Shown here piece by piece: positions 38,986 to 50,559 of a stretch of DNA of 64,000 bases. The stretch's first letter is position 1, and the number at the start of each line of letters is the position of its first letter. Source of the stretch: Octopus sinensis. Taxonomy: Eukaryota. Where the stretch lies: assembly GCF_006345805.1 (NCBI RefSeq), contig NW_021832985.1:1-64000 (forward strand), read 5' to 3'. The notes below the pieces were generated by a model. It saw nothing but the letters and a program-made list of their open reading frames with translations, was not told the origin of the DNA and searched no databases. The position numbers and the translations under genes are program-made.

Positions 38986-40664
38986 CTGCAAAAAAAAAAA
39001 AAATGAACAGAATGTTAGTAACATAAAACAACTCCAAATTTAATCAATAAAAATCTTCCATTAATGTCTATCCATCAGAACCTACATTATTCAAAAGAGC
39101 TCCATCTAACATAGAAAAATTAAACTATCAGAAGCTATGTAAAGCCAAGCTCAGCTCAAACGTAACACAGTACGATGAAGGCTAAGCACACCGAAACTAG
39201 AAGTCCCTATCAACACTGCTCTTGTTAAAGGACCCCCCCCCCACACACACAGCATAACCCGTGATTCACCATTCTTGACAAACGTTTTAACAGCAAACGT
39301 ACTCAAGGTGCAAAATTAAAACCTAAGCATCATCCGTTCGTGGCCGTTGCCAGCCTCGCTTGGCTCCCGTGCCGGTGGCACATAAAAAGCACCATCCGAT
39401 CGTGGCCGTTTGCCAGACTCATCTGGCACCTGTGCCGGTGGCACGTAAAAAGCACCCTCTACACTCATGGAGTGGTTGGCGTTAGGAAGGGCATCCAGCC
39501 GTAGAAACATTGCCAGATCAAACTGGGCTTGGTACAGCCTTCTGGCTTCCCAGACCCCAGTTGAACCGTCCAACCCATGCTAGCATGGAAAGCGGACGCT
39601 AAACGATGATGATGATGGTAATTTAAAAGCAAAACGATAAAATATTAGCTGCATAAATTCACTGTCAGTATATGCTTAACTTTACTGATGCCACACTGCC
39701 AGAATATGCTTAACTTTACTGATGTCACACTGTTAGTATATGCTTAACTTTACTGATGTCACACTGCCAGAATATGCTTAACTTTACTGATGTCACACTG
39801 CCAGAATATGCTTAACTTTACTGATGTCACACTGTCAGTATATGCTTAACTTTACTGATGCCACACTAGTGGCAATACTAGAATATGTAAAGTAGAGTAA
39901 ACGTAACGAGAAGCAACAACAGAGATAGAAGCATCATCACTTACCTGGAGGTAGTTTATTATACACCCGTTTGAGTAGTATATCTATTTGTTTCTCTGTC
40001 ATATCGTGGATTACATGTGATAACACATAAAGATCAGCATCGGGGATCTCATCCTCGAAGAAATTACCTAGAGAAAAAAAAACACACACACAATATATAT
40101 ATAATGTATATCTTTGAACAATAACTATACAGAATTATTTAAGAAATGTATTATGAAATTTCTCATCTGATGGATACTAAATGTTAATGTAGGCACGTGT
40201 TATGATTATATAATAAATTCAATATATTCATGCTATTAATATAAATTTTATGTTTGTATAGTGTACTAGCAGTATTGCCCGTTTTTATATCTTGATTTTT
40301 TAATTTTTCATGCAATTTACGCATGCTTGCACATGTGGTGAACACAGTTCATGTCAAACAGCTGACTGAGTAAAGTTCACTATTCAATGCATGGGATAAG
40401 GCCTAAACAAACACATTATCGATTTTTGCACTTGCGAGATGAATTTCGGAACAGAAATAGCGCAGTTCAATTTTCATTCGCCTAAACTTTAAGTGACCCA
40501 TTTTTGGTGGTTCTACGATTTGTTGGCTAGGAGGAGATGTGCCGGGAAGTTAAACACACAGACACACACACACACACACACAGACAGACACACAAGTTGA
40601 GTTTTATATGTAAGTTTTGAGTTCAAAATCCACTGAGGTCGACTTTGCCTTCCTTCCTTTCGGG

Positions 40665-40757
<93 letters not shown>

Positions 40758-43700
40758 CCCTAGAATTAGTCCTTAAGATTATACCTTAATTTTTTTCCCT
40801 TTCAGTGACTTGAAATTAAGGAAAAGTGAAATAGTTTCGACCTTAGAAATTACCAGATTATGGCTATTGCTTCTGGAATTTTATTTGCGTGAATGTAAAG
40901 AAGTGCGTTATTGCTACTTGGAGTCTTATAATCTAATTGGAGCCAATCTAATTGGAGCGAGGCTTCATTCCTTCGTAAAGTGTTTAATGTATTAACATAT
41001 TAGGACAGGATGCAGCATTATGACTTACCTGCTACAAAATTCACTTGACCACTGCTATTCTCTGGATAAAGTTTTTTCGCCAATTGTACGACAGATGGGA
41101 GATCAAAGACTGTGATATTCATTTCTGGATAGTGACTTGCTAGTGTCCTACCTATCAAACCGGAGCCTCCTGCAAACATAGACAAAGTTAGGATTGAAAA
41201 AAAACATATAAAAACAGAAATAACACACACATACACAAAATAAGGTGTGGGCCAAAATTCATCAAGTTCGAAGGGATATTACAATTTGTAGACATAATCA
41301 GGTAGATTTTGCTTTTGGTCTACCTGCAGTTTTATACTTCGTGACATCTGGACTACCCTCTTTCCCTCTATTTATGCGTGTGTACGTGTTGAACTTACCC
41401 CCAAAACAATGTACAATCATTTAGGTGTTTGATCATCTGAAGTGTCTGCCTACTGAAGTAGACGTAAGTAGCTGAGTATTCCACAGACATCTGCAATCCC
41501 AATATAATTCTCAAATAGAATCTGTGTGACGAATGTGAGAAAGTTGAATTCTACGAGGAATCCATCCTACGGGCTTCTATACGAAACCAGTAGAGTGGTA
41601 GACATAATGCAACGCTTAATTTAATACTATTTACGTTCGAATTCTGAATCAAGCCAATGTCAGTTTTCCAGAGGCGATATAAAATGTATTAGTAAAATAA
41701 TGGAGATGCTACAATCGAGTATACACTTCTGCATTAATGTCAGTTCTTGTCTCTGATAGGAGCATCGATATTAATTTATAGCTGGCGAAATCGTTAGCAC
41801 GCCGGACAAAATGCTTTGCAGGTTTTTGCTCGTCTTTAAGTTCCGAGTTCAAATTCCTCCGAGGTCGACTTTGATTTTCATCCTTTCAGGGCCGATAAAA
41901 TAAGTACTATTCGATTACTGGGATCGATGTAATCAACTAGCCGCCCCCTCAACCGTAATGTCAAGCCTTGCGTTTATAGTGGAAAGGATAGTTTACAATT
42001 TAGATGAAAAAGAAGAGCGATAGGGTTGGGCATTAATCAATGTGGTAGCTAAGTGGGAGCTACCACGGTATCCACCCGATAATATATATATATATATATA
42101 TATCCCTCTAAACTGTGTGTGTGGTGTGTTGTGTGGTGCGTTGTGCGTGTGTGTGTGATTGAACAGTAACGCACAACAATGTGAAATTATCAATTTGGCG
42201 CTGAAGTAGATAGAACTTCTAAATGTCTTCGACGTTTCGCGTTTAAGTACTTCTTCAGCAATCATATTTAGGGAAAAATGAAAGCATAGAGAATGGAAAG
42301 AGAAACGTGCTTATAGCATCTTTACTACACGCGTACACTCTAAATTACTGGCACATTATATTAAAAGTTGCTAACGATTTACAGTAATAACTGTGTCTAC
42401 AGTTGAAGTGATCTTAATATGTTACAGATGCCTTTAGGTTCGAAAAGGAGAAAAAGCAAATCGTAGTTATTACATTTTATGAAAAGTAATACATACCACC
42501 TAAATCAACAGCAGTTCTGTGAGCACTCAGATCAAAAGCTTTCACTAAAACTGGAGCACAAGGTACAGTAAGACCATCCATAGACAGCATTATCATTGCA
42601 CTACAATCCATTGCCGGTTTACTACCGTTACTAGCTTTGTCCGGATGAGTTCCGTTAGTGGTGTGTGTGCCATTGGTACCAGTAATGTTGGCACTAATAC
42701 CATTTGTGCCGTTTGGTGTGACTCCATTTGTACAGTTAACACCCGGTGTATGACTCGATTCGGTGTGGCTACCTTTGTTGTGGGCAGTATCCTTCTGGTC
42801 TTCTATATGAATATTTTTCATTGGAGGATTTTCATTATTCAACATTTTTCCCGCCTTTATATTCGCCATGTCTATAAATGCTTTGCCTGTTCAGAACGAA
42901 AGAAACGAGAAAATTGTTAAGTAAATTTCAAATAAGGTTTTACAATTGTAACACACGCAAACTTCGTTTTGTCATACGAGGCAAACCATCAGCAAACAAT
43001 AAGAGGGATACAACCGAAGACATTCTTAACCAAGGAGCAAACGAAAAATAGCAATAAGGACTGATAGGATCACAAGAGGATCGGACAAAAATGTCTTCCA
43101 TTATTTCTCCAGACTCATTATGTTTAGTGTTAAAATCCACCCTCGTTAAATTTGCCTTTCCCTCCTCCGGGGTTGATAAACTGCTTGAAGTGATAATAAC
43201 TACTCCATCCACTAAAATCTATGGCTTTGTGCCCAAATCAAAGAACCATTAGAAGGTGGGGAGCTGGTAGAGTGTCAGAGAAATGCTTTGCAATGTTTTT
43301 CCTGGCTCTTTACGTTCTGAGCTCAAACTCCGCCGGGCTCGACTTTGCCTTTCATCCTTTCGAGGTCGATAAATCAAGTACCAGTTGAACACCGGGGTCA
43401 ATGCAATCGAATTGTCCCCTATGTGCCAAAAATTTAAATCATCATTATCATTACAAAACCAGTGCGAGTGAGAACTCATTAAAAACTATTCGAAGGTCAG
43501 TGTATTTGGGGGACCAAAAACTGTATCACGCACCAGTCTATTACGACAAGGTCGTCATGGAAACATCGATGGTTCGTTTCTTTCTGCAATTTATTGCGTT
43601 CTGTAAACCATTATGCACATGGTCGGGTGTTGATCCGTAGCTTAGAAAACGTTGAAAAAGTATGAATCCAAAAAGTTTGAGAGAAGGAGTCCAAGATTGA

Positions 43701-45649
43701 CAATGGATAATATATATTTCTGGTAATCTCTCTCTATATAAACGGCAGTTTGTCTGTGCGTGTGTTTCTGTGTGTCTGTTGCTTGTACCCTCACCCTGAC
43801 CACGGCTTTTCAACCGATTCTGATGAAACTTGACACACACATACCCAATGTCATAATTCAAACTAACGCAGCGAAACTTTTGAAAAGTTCCCCCAGTTCT
43901 GAAAAAAATCGATAAATTCGACATGGGGTCGAGAATCAGAAACACAAACCACAGACTCTCTAGGGAACGCAACTCGACCTTTTTAACTAAAAAAATTTAT
44001 CATCATTTTTTTTTCCATTTCTTTGCTATTTTTTGGCTATAACTCTCTAAAAATGCTTTATAGTTATTTCCCTTACAAACCCGAGCAACGCCGGGCGATA
44101 CTGCTAGTAAAGAAATAAAAAAACTTACCTGATTTTAATGTGCTGGTGAGATTTGATAAAAGTGGAAGAATAACATTAAATTCAGACATGGCGGATGCAA
44201 TCAATGCTGGTCGTCGGGATCTAGTTAAGTATTTCGTCGTCCCTGCTGTGTTGCTGTATACAACATTACCTATGGAGAAATATATATGGAAAATATTATA
44301 AACACGCATGCATATGCATGGATGTACACTCACAAAACACGTACGGCTGAGTGCAGGCTTCTTAAAGCAGGAAGAGCAGCAAGCTAATGAAAGCAATTAC
44401 ATAATTCCTGTTCTTTTGTCACTATGAGTGTGTGTATATGAGAGAGAGAGAGTAGGCATTTATCGTGAGAGAATTATGACAAAATGTTTGGAAATATAAT
44501 AAAAAAAAACAGCAGAACTATATCCACATGTGTGAAAGACGGAATAGAAACTCTCACATACATATATACACAGTTACGAGAGAATATGTGAGAAAGAGGA
44601 GGGGATGGGGGAGAGAGAGAAGGAGAGAAAGAGAGAAGGAGAGAAAGAGAGAAAGAGAGAGAAGGAGAGAAAGAGAGAGAAGGAGAGAAAGAGAGAGAAG
44701 GAGAGAAAGAGAGAGAAGGAGAGAAAGAGAGAGAAGGAGAGAAAGAGAGAGAAGGAGAGAAAGAGAGAGAAGGAGAGAAAGAGAGAGGGAGAGAAAGAGA
44801 GAGAGGGAGAGAGAGAGAGAGAGATAAGGAGAGAGAGAGAGATAAGGAGAGAGAGAGAGATAAGGAGAGAGAGAGAGATAAGGAGAGAGAGAGAGATAAG
44901 GAGAGAGAGAGAGATAAGGAGAGAGAGAGAAAGGAGAGGAGAGAGAGATAAGGAGAGAGAGAGAGATAAGGAGAGAGAGAGAGATAAGGAGAGAGAGAGA
45001 GATAAGGAGAGAGAGAGAGATAGGAGAGAGAGAGAGATAAGGAGAGAGAGAGAGATAGGAGAGAGGAGAGAGATAAGGAGAGAAGAGAGAGATAAGGAGA
45101 AGGAGAGAGAGATAAGGAGAGAGAGAGAGAAAGGAAGGAGAGAGAGAAAGGAGAGGAGAGATAAGAGGAGAGAGAAGGAGAGAGAGAGGAGAGAGATAAG
45201 GAGAGAGAGAGGATAAGGAGAGAGAGAGATAAGGAGAGAGAGAGATATAAGAAGAAGATATAAGGGAGGAGAGATAAGGAGAGATATATAAGGAGAGAGA
45301 TATAAGGAGAGAGATATAAGGAGAGAGATATAAGGAGAGAGAGATAAGGAGAGAGAGAGATAAGGAGAGAGAGAGATAAGGAGAGAGAGAGATAAGGAGA
45401 GAGAGAGATAAGGAGAGAGAGATAAGGAGAGAGAGATAAGGAGAGAGAGATAAGAGGAGAGAGAAGGTGAGAAGTTTTACCTTTATGAACTTCTTTGTCG
45501 AGGAGGTCCAAAGAGACCAATGTGTTTAGAAAACGCTCGGTCGTGGATTTATCATAGTTAAATTTACGAGCGATTCCAGCCGCTGTTAATGGTTCACCGT
45601 TTGATTCGATTTCGTCGAATAATCCTACTTCGAGGCCGTACATCAATAT
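38762..45649 (-). CDS. ASMT: ASMT/HIOMT-like class I SAM-dependent O-methyltransferase (Methyltransf_2 with N-terminal dimerisation domain), 6 identified exons, 5' end missing
   Basis: Exons 45649-45481, 44269-44129, 42886-42497, 41169-41029, 40067-39945 and 38985-38762 all have AG/GT boundaries and compatible phases (0,1,1,1,1,1), total 1188 nt = 395 aa + stop. Motifs: LEVGLFD (dimerisation domain), AFDLSAHRTAVDLGGGSG (SAM motif I), TVFDLPSVV, AGNFFEDEIPDADLYVLSHVIHD, LPPGGSLLILEK, GRERSAKEYREMLEEQGF. The family is confident; strict ASMT orthology is not established. Confidence 0.93.
39326..39617 (+). mobile_element. SINE 3' part, Nin-domain-like, with internal 62-bp duplication and (GAT)n tail
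   Basis: gtgccggtggcacgtaaaaagcac...gtggttggcgttaggaagggcatccagccgtag; family name from recollection only. Confidence 0.7.
39660..39863. repeat. 34-bp minisatellite x6 in the last ASMT-like intron
   Basis: Unit cactgYYagWatatgcttaactttactgatgYca, contiguous, no spacers. Confidence 0.95.
39945..40067 (-). CDS. ASMT: ASMT-like exon: NFFEDEIPDADLYVLSHVIHDMTEKQIDILLKRVYNKLPP(G) (absent from the ORF track)
   Basis: Translated by hand. Acceptor tttctctag|GT, donor CCAG|gtaagt, 123 nt; contains the catalytic HD pair. Confidence 0.93.
41029..41169 (-). CDS. ASMT: ASMT-like exon: GSGLIGRTLASHYPEMNITVFDLPSVV...VNFVA(G)
   Basis: Acceptor gtttgcag|GA, donor GCAG|gtaagt, 141 nt. Confidence 0.93.
42497..42886 (-). 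CDS. ASMT: ASMT-like exon with low-complexity insert: KAFIDMANIK...KAFDLSAHRTAVDLG(G)
   Basis: Acceptor ttctgaacag|GC, donor GGTG|gtatgt, 390 nt, phase 1-1. Confidence 0.9.
43727..44107 (+). mobile_element. Non-autonomous Helitron (same 3' end as 33122-33520) in an ASMT-like intron
   Basis: A|TC start; shared ~65-bp terminus ending gatactgCTAG|T. Confidence 0.85.
44129..44269 (-). CDS. ASMT: ASMT-like exon: NVVYSNTAGTTKYLT...LSNLTSTLKS(G)
   Basis: Acceptor ttctccatag|GT, donor TCAG|gtaagt, 141 nt, phase 1-1. Confidence 0.9.
44600..45470. repeat. Homopurine/homopyrimidine satellite (gaaggagagaaagagaga and gataaggaga(ga)n units)
   Basis: Direct inspection; begins ~10 bp inside the intron after the 45481 donor. 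Confidence 0.95.
45481..45649 (-). CDS. ASMT: ASMT-like exon (first identified): ILMYGLEVGLFDEI...DLLDKEVHK(G)
   Basis: Acceptor ttttacag|ATATTG, donor AAAG|gtaaaa, 169 nt, phase 0 to 1. Confidence 0.92.
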
Positions 45650-46137
45650 CTGTAAAAGATAAAAAGATAAAAGCAAGAATTAAAACAAGACACCAAAAGT
45701 GAGGAAAAACAAAGTTGATCACGGGAGATTTGAACTCGTAACGGAAAGATCGGGAAGAAATACCGCAGAGCAAGGTTTGTTTCATTGTTATACTTGAGGA
45801 TAGCGATGTTTTGTCAACTGAATTTGTCAGTTAAACATGCGCTATATACAACCCCAGTATTTATTCTTTGTAAGCCTAGTACTTATTCTATCGGTCTCTA
45901 TTGCCGAATCGCTAGGTTACGGGGACGTATACACATCAGCTCTCAATTGCCAGGGTTGTTAAAATTAGGAAGGGCGCAAAATAAATTGAAAAAGAAAAAA
46001 ATAATTTAACAGTGGAGCAATAAGGTCGGAAACAGAACAGAATTTTTCCCGAAAATAAAGATAACTTTTTCAATCTACAAGAAATAACAGCCGATTCACC
46101 CTCAAATCAATTCTGTTTTTATTAGATTATATATATA

Positions 46138-46180
<43 letters not shown>

Positions 46181-47684
46181 CGCAGGGCTGTGTGGTAAGT
46201 AGCTTGCTAACCAACCACATGGTTCCGGGTTCAGACCCACTGCGTGGCATCTTGGGCAAGTGTCTTCTGCTGAAGTCCCGGGCCGACCAATGCCTTGTGA
46301 ATGGATTTGGTAGACGGAAACTGAAAGAAGCCTGTCGTATATATGTATATATATGTATGCGTGTGTGTATTTGTGTGTCTGTGTTTGCCCCCTAGCATTG
46401 CTTGACAACCGATGCTGGTGTGTTTACGTCCCCGTCACTTAGCGGTTCGGCAAAAGAGACCGATAGAATAAGTACTGGGCTTACAAAGAATAAGTCCCGG
46501 GGTTGATTTGCTCGACTAAAGGCGGTACTCCAGCATGGCCGCAGTCAAATGACTGAAACAAGTAAAAGAGTAAAGAGTATACGAAAATAAACAAAAGACG
46601 AAGGCAGGTGGTGAGGGAGACAAAGACTGCATTAGATGTGGTCCAGCATAACCATAAAGATGCAAGATGGTCACGGCTGGAATGCCTTAAATTATAAGTA
46701 CGCTCTGTTGTGATCTACCTAGGGTTAAATAAAAATTGTCAACACCATTACTACTACGACAGCTTCCGTTAAATCTTCGATAATTTTATTCGGTTTTTAT
46801 TTTGTACTGAGAGTTATCTCCCTTACATTACGAGCTCGGTGACAATTCTTCATATATTGTACATGACTGATTTATCAACAGAAAGGATTTCTTCTTGCAT
46901 ATATCTCCATGTCTCGCTAACCGACTGACTGGTATTCAACATCCTCTCTCTCTCTCTTTCCTTCTGTCTCTCTTTCCCTCTCTCTCCCTGTGCCTCTCTC
47001 TCTCTCCCTTCTCCCTCTCTCTCTGGGCCTCCCTCTCTCTGGGCCTCCCTCTCCGTGCCTCTCTCTCTCTCTCTCTCTCCTCTGTGCCTCTCTCTCTCTC
47101 TGTGCCTCTCTCTCTCTGTGCCTCTCTCTCTCTGTCTTTCGATGTGAGAGAGTGTATGTTCGTGTGCGCTCATGTGTACATTCATAACTGTAGATGCGTG
47201 CGCGCATGCGCATATTTTGTGTCCATGCACGACTGTGCGCTCACACTGAATTTGTGTTTACGTTCATAACTATCTGTGCGTGTGTGCGTATATGCGTGTG
47301 AGCACGGAATTGTGTGTGTACGTCTATAACTGTGTGTGTGAGCGCGCACGTGTGTCCGAGCTCGAGACTGCGTGCGCTAGCAATAATGTGTTTTTGACCT
47401 TAAATGCAACACCGTGTACTCATGCGTGCATGCGAGCGTATAACTGTACGTGCATATGTGCCTGCACGTCTATGCATAGGTGCATGCCTAGAATACAACC
47501 GGGTTCTAGAGTCAATTTGATAGAACTACGTTATTCTACAGTTAATCAAGGTTTCCAAGAAGCCATTAAATAAATACTTGACCTGCGTGAAATAGCAGTC
47601 AGAGTCGCTTTCAAATCTTATCCTATTATCTTGAAAACAAAAAGGTCATTTTGGATAATGCAGTGCTAGATATATGCTGAGACC

Positions 47685-47990
47685 CCCTTCGCTCATGACT
47701 GACCATGGGGTTGCACCTAGAAAGTTACCCTCCCAGGCACAAGTCCGGGCAAGGTTATTTTAATGGAAGACCAGCAGTCGCCTCTGCATACAGACCTCCC
47801 CTCTCCATGCCACCAGTGTTGTCCAAGGAAAAAGCAAAGGGGCCAATACAGCTTGGCACCTGTGACTTCACAACTCATTTCTACAGCTGAGTGAAGTGGA
47901 GCAGCGTAAAATAAAGTATCTTGTTCAAGAACACAACACGCAGCCCGGTTCGGGATTCGAACTCTAACCACTGAGCCATGCGCCTTCTCG
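47685..47990 (-). mobile_element. SINE with family D head/core and a different tail (tail Y)
   Basis: Core ttcttgaacaagatac...ccacttcactcagctgtagaaatgagt on the minus strand; tail unrelated to tail X. Confidence 0.7.
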
Positions 47991-49827
47991 TGCTAGATAT
48001 ACTATGTCAAAAAAAGAGGTAAAAGGACTGGATGATTGAAAATTGAAAGTCTTTGATCAGAGATCCCTCTAATCGAGATTCACTTACTATTCCACAAGAT
48101 AGTACTACTAACAGCACCATTTAGACTAAATATTGGGCACATAAAATAATGTGGAAGCTGATATGTGGTAATCTAAGCTTCGAAAAATAGCAACTAAATT
48201 TCCCTCAAATCCAACCCTGCCATCTTATAAAGGAGTAAGGAACATAGAAAAATATGATTTCTAGATATATCCAGTTATACACTCATGATAGTTTATAACA
48301 GAAACTTGCAATGGTTACTTGTAGCCTTGAAAGTCTTTCTTCGACGGAGCACCAGTCCTTCATAAGCTTAATCCCAGAGGCGGTTGTTGGAACTTGCGTC
48401 TAAATGAGTGTACTAGAGCAAAATTACAAGGAAGTGTCTTACTCGAGGACACATTGTGCCGTCAGCACATGTTTCGAGTGCACGATATTACAACGGAAAG
48501 CCTGTCCTCCTAACCAGTACAGTATGCATATTTGAAACTAAGCTAAAAGAAGGCGAGGTTTGGGAGTTCCGAGAAGTGCAAAACCACTTCTTAATAACTC
48601 TTGTTCCCAGATCGACTGTGACTTGTAATATTGCCTGCCAGTAGTACCTGTGGGTTAATTGGCATGTCAAGGAATTGCCTCCGGAAGAAGGTCACTTGCA
48701 GACACTCCTACAGATCCAAGACAGATGAGGTCCTTCAGGTCTTTAGTTGCCCATCTAAGATAAGGGAACTTCATACAAATCCGGCATCCTGAGAAGTACT
48801 GCGTTTTTGGAACTGGATGGCTCAGACCAATACAAGTTTGAGGGACAAGTGAATGGGACTAGCTCGGCACAAACTATATTCAGTATAATATTCATTATGT
48901 TCAAATATTCCATATATATTCACTATAGTATTCATTGTGCAGGTTGTTCAGCAAATGAACTCATTTGTCGAAGCGACGGGAGAGGTCACCGAGAAGAAGT
49001 CTGTTGTATCCTGTAGTATTTTACGAGTAATTCTATTGGCTCAATAAAACTGTCACACCAGGATAGCACTGACCTGGAGCTTTGTCAGCCTTTGGACGCA
49101 GTTTTACCACGCGAGTGGTATGAATCAACACGAAGCGACCCGGAATCGAGCACAAAAACTTATGGTAGTCACCCTGGTCACCTTACCACTTAGACACACA
49201 TCTCGAATATACAAGTTGTAGACCTTAAAATAAGAAATGCTATAAATCGCCTCTTTAATTTACATTTACTGTGCGTGTGTATCTTGTGCACCTGTGTTGG
49301 TGATGGAGATAAAATAAATTGAAGACAGATTAAGTCAGCTAGGCACGAACTATGGTACTAAATGTATCTGAAGACCCAGTGAAGAGTTCAGCTTTGTAAC
49401 ACTGACGATAATTTGATAACATAACCTTGATAATATATATACTGGTATACATATATAATATGTATATACACGCACGCACGCACTACTATCAGAAGTCAAT
49501 CTGTACAGATGCAGACTTCCAATATGCATATATATATACACTAACATATTTGTATATACGGATGCGTGTACATACACATATTTACACATTTGCATGCTTA
49601 CATACATACATGCATACACACACACACACAAAGTGTGGGAAATAACATCGAAAGGAGTTCTATGGTGATGGTGGTGTGTATATATGTGTGTGTGTGTGTG
49701 TGAAAAGGAGAGAGATTGAGAGAAAATGCTAAATCAGTTGATCTCAAAAATAAAATTCAAGCCGCTGCCCTTCTCCCCGCGACAGTCGAGAATGTGAGTC
49801 AACTTTGACAGGATACAGTGCAAGCTC

Positions 49828-49861
<34 letters not shown>

Positions 49862-50081
49862 TGATGATAATAATAATAATAACAACAACAACAACAACAA
49901 CGACGGAATGTATCATCATATGTGATTAGCGAAAATTTGATCCGAAAATCATCGTCAATCTCCGTCTGGCACTGAATGACTGAGGCAGTCTGTGGATGTG
50001 TCAGCTAATTTGGCACCTCGGGTTATCACACAAAACACAGACTTGCACACACTCACGCATATACAGTGATAAATACATTTG

Positions 50082-50123
<42 letters not shown>

Positions 50124-50372
50124 GCACGCACAAGCATCATGCGTCACTATCAGCCGCGCCGGTGATTATCACTCATTCTCATACATCCAGCCTCCATCCA
50201 TCCATCCATCCATCCATTTGTTTTGTATACGTGCATACGTATGTACACAATGTATACACATCGCTATATGTGAATACACACACCTCATAAATGCATATGT
50301 GAATAATTGCAGTCACACACATACATCTGTGTGTGTGTGTGTGTGTGTGTATGCAAATGTGTGCGTAAGTGC

Positions 50373-50435
<63 letters not shown>

Positions 50436-50521
50436 ATGCAAATGTGTGCGTAAGTGCGTGTGTGTGTGTGTATATATATATATGTGTGTGTGTGTGTATA
50501 TGCAAATGCGTGCGTAAGTGC

Positions 50522-50559
<38 letters not shown>

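Noticed and set aside
39316-39573. ORF with repeated GAFYVPPA
   Set aside because: It is the antisense reading of the 62-bp duplication inside a SINE.
39660-39863. CRISPR-like appearance of the 34-bp repeats
   Set aside because: Units are contiguous with no spacers, there are no cas genes, and the location is a eukaryotic intron.
42940-43212. 90-aa minus ORF in an ASMT intron as an alternative exon
   Set aside because: Its 5' part is a SINE B relic and there are no convincing splice sites.
44474-45676. 400-aa ORF as a complete protein
   Set aside because: Only 45481-45649 is ASMT-like; the rest is read-through into the intronic CT satellite past a GT donor.
47540-47600. YLFNGFLET on the minus strand resembling the ASMT N-terminal NGF motif
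   Set aside because: No start codon or suitable donor, and it adjoins a repeat family also seen at ~830-870, ~46080 and ~48190.
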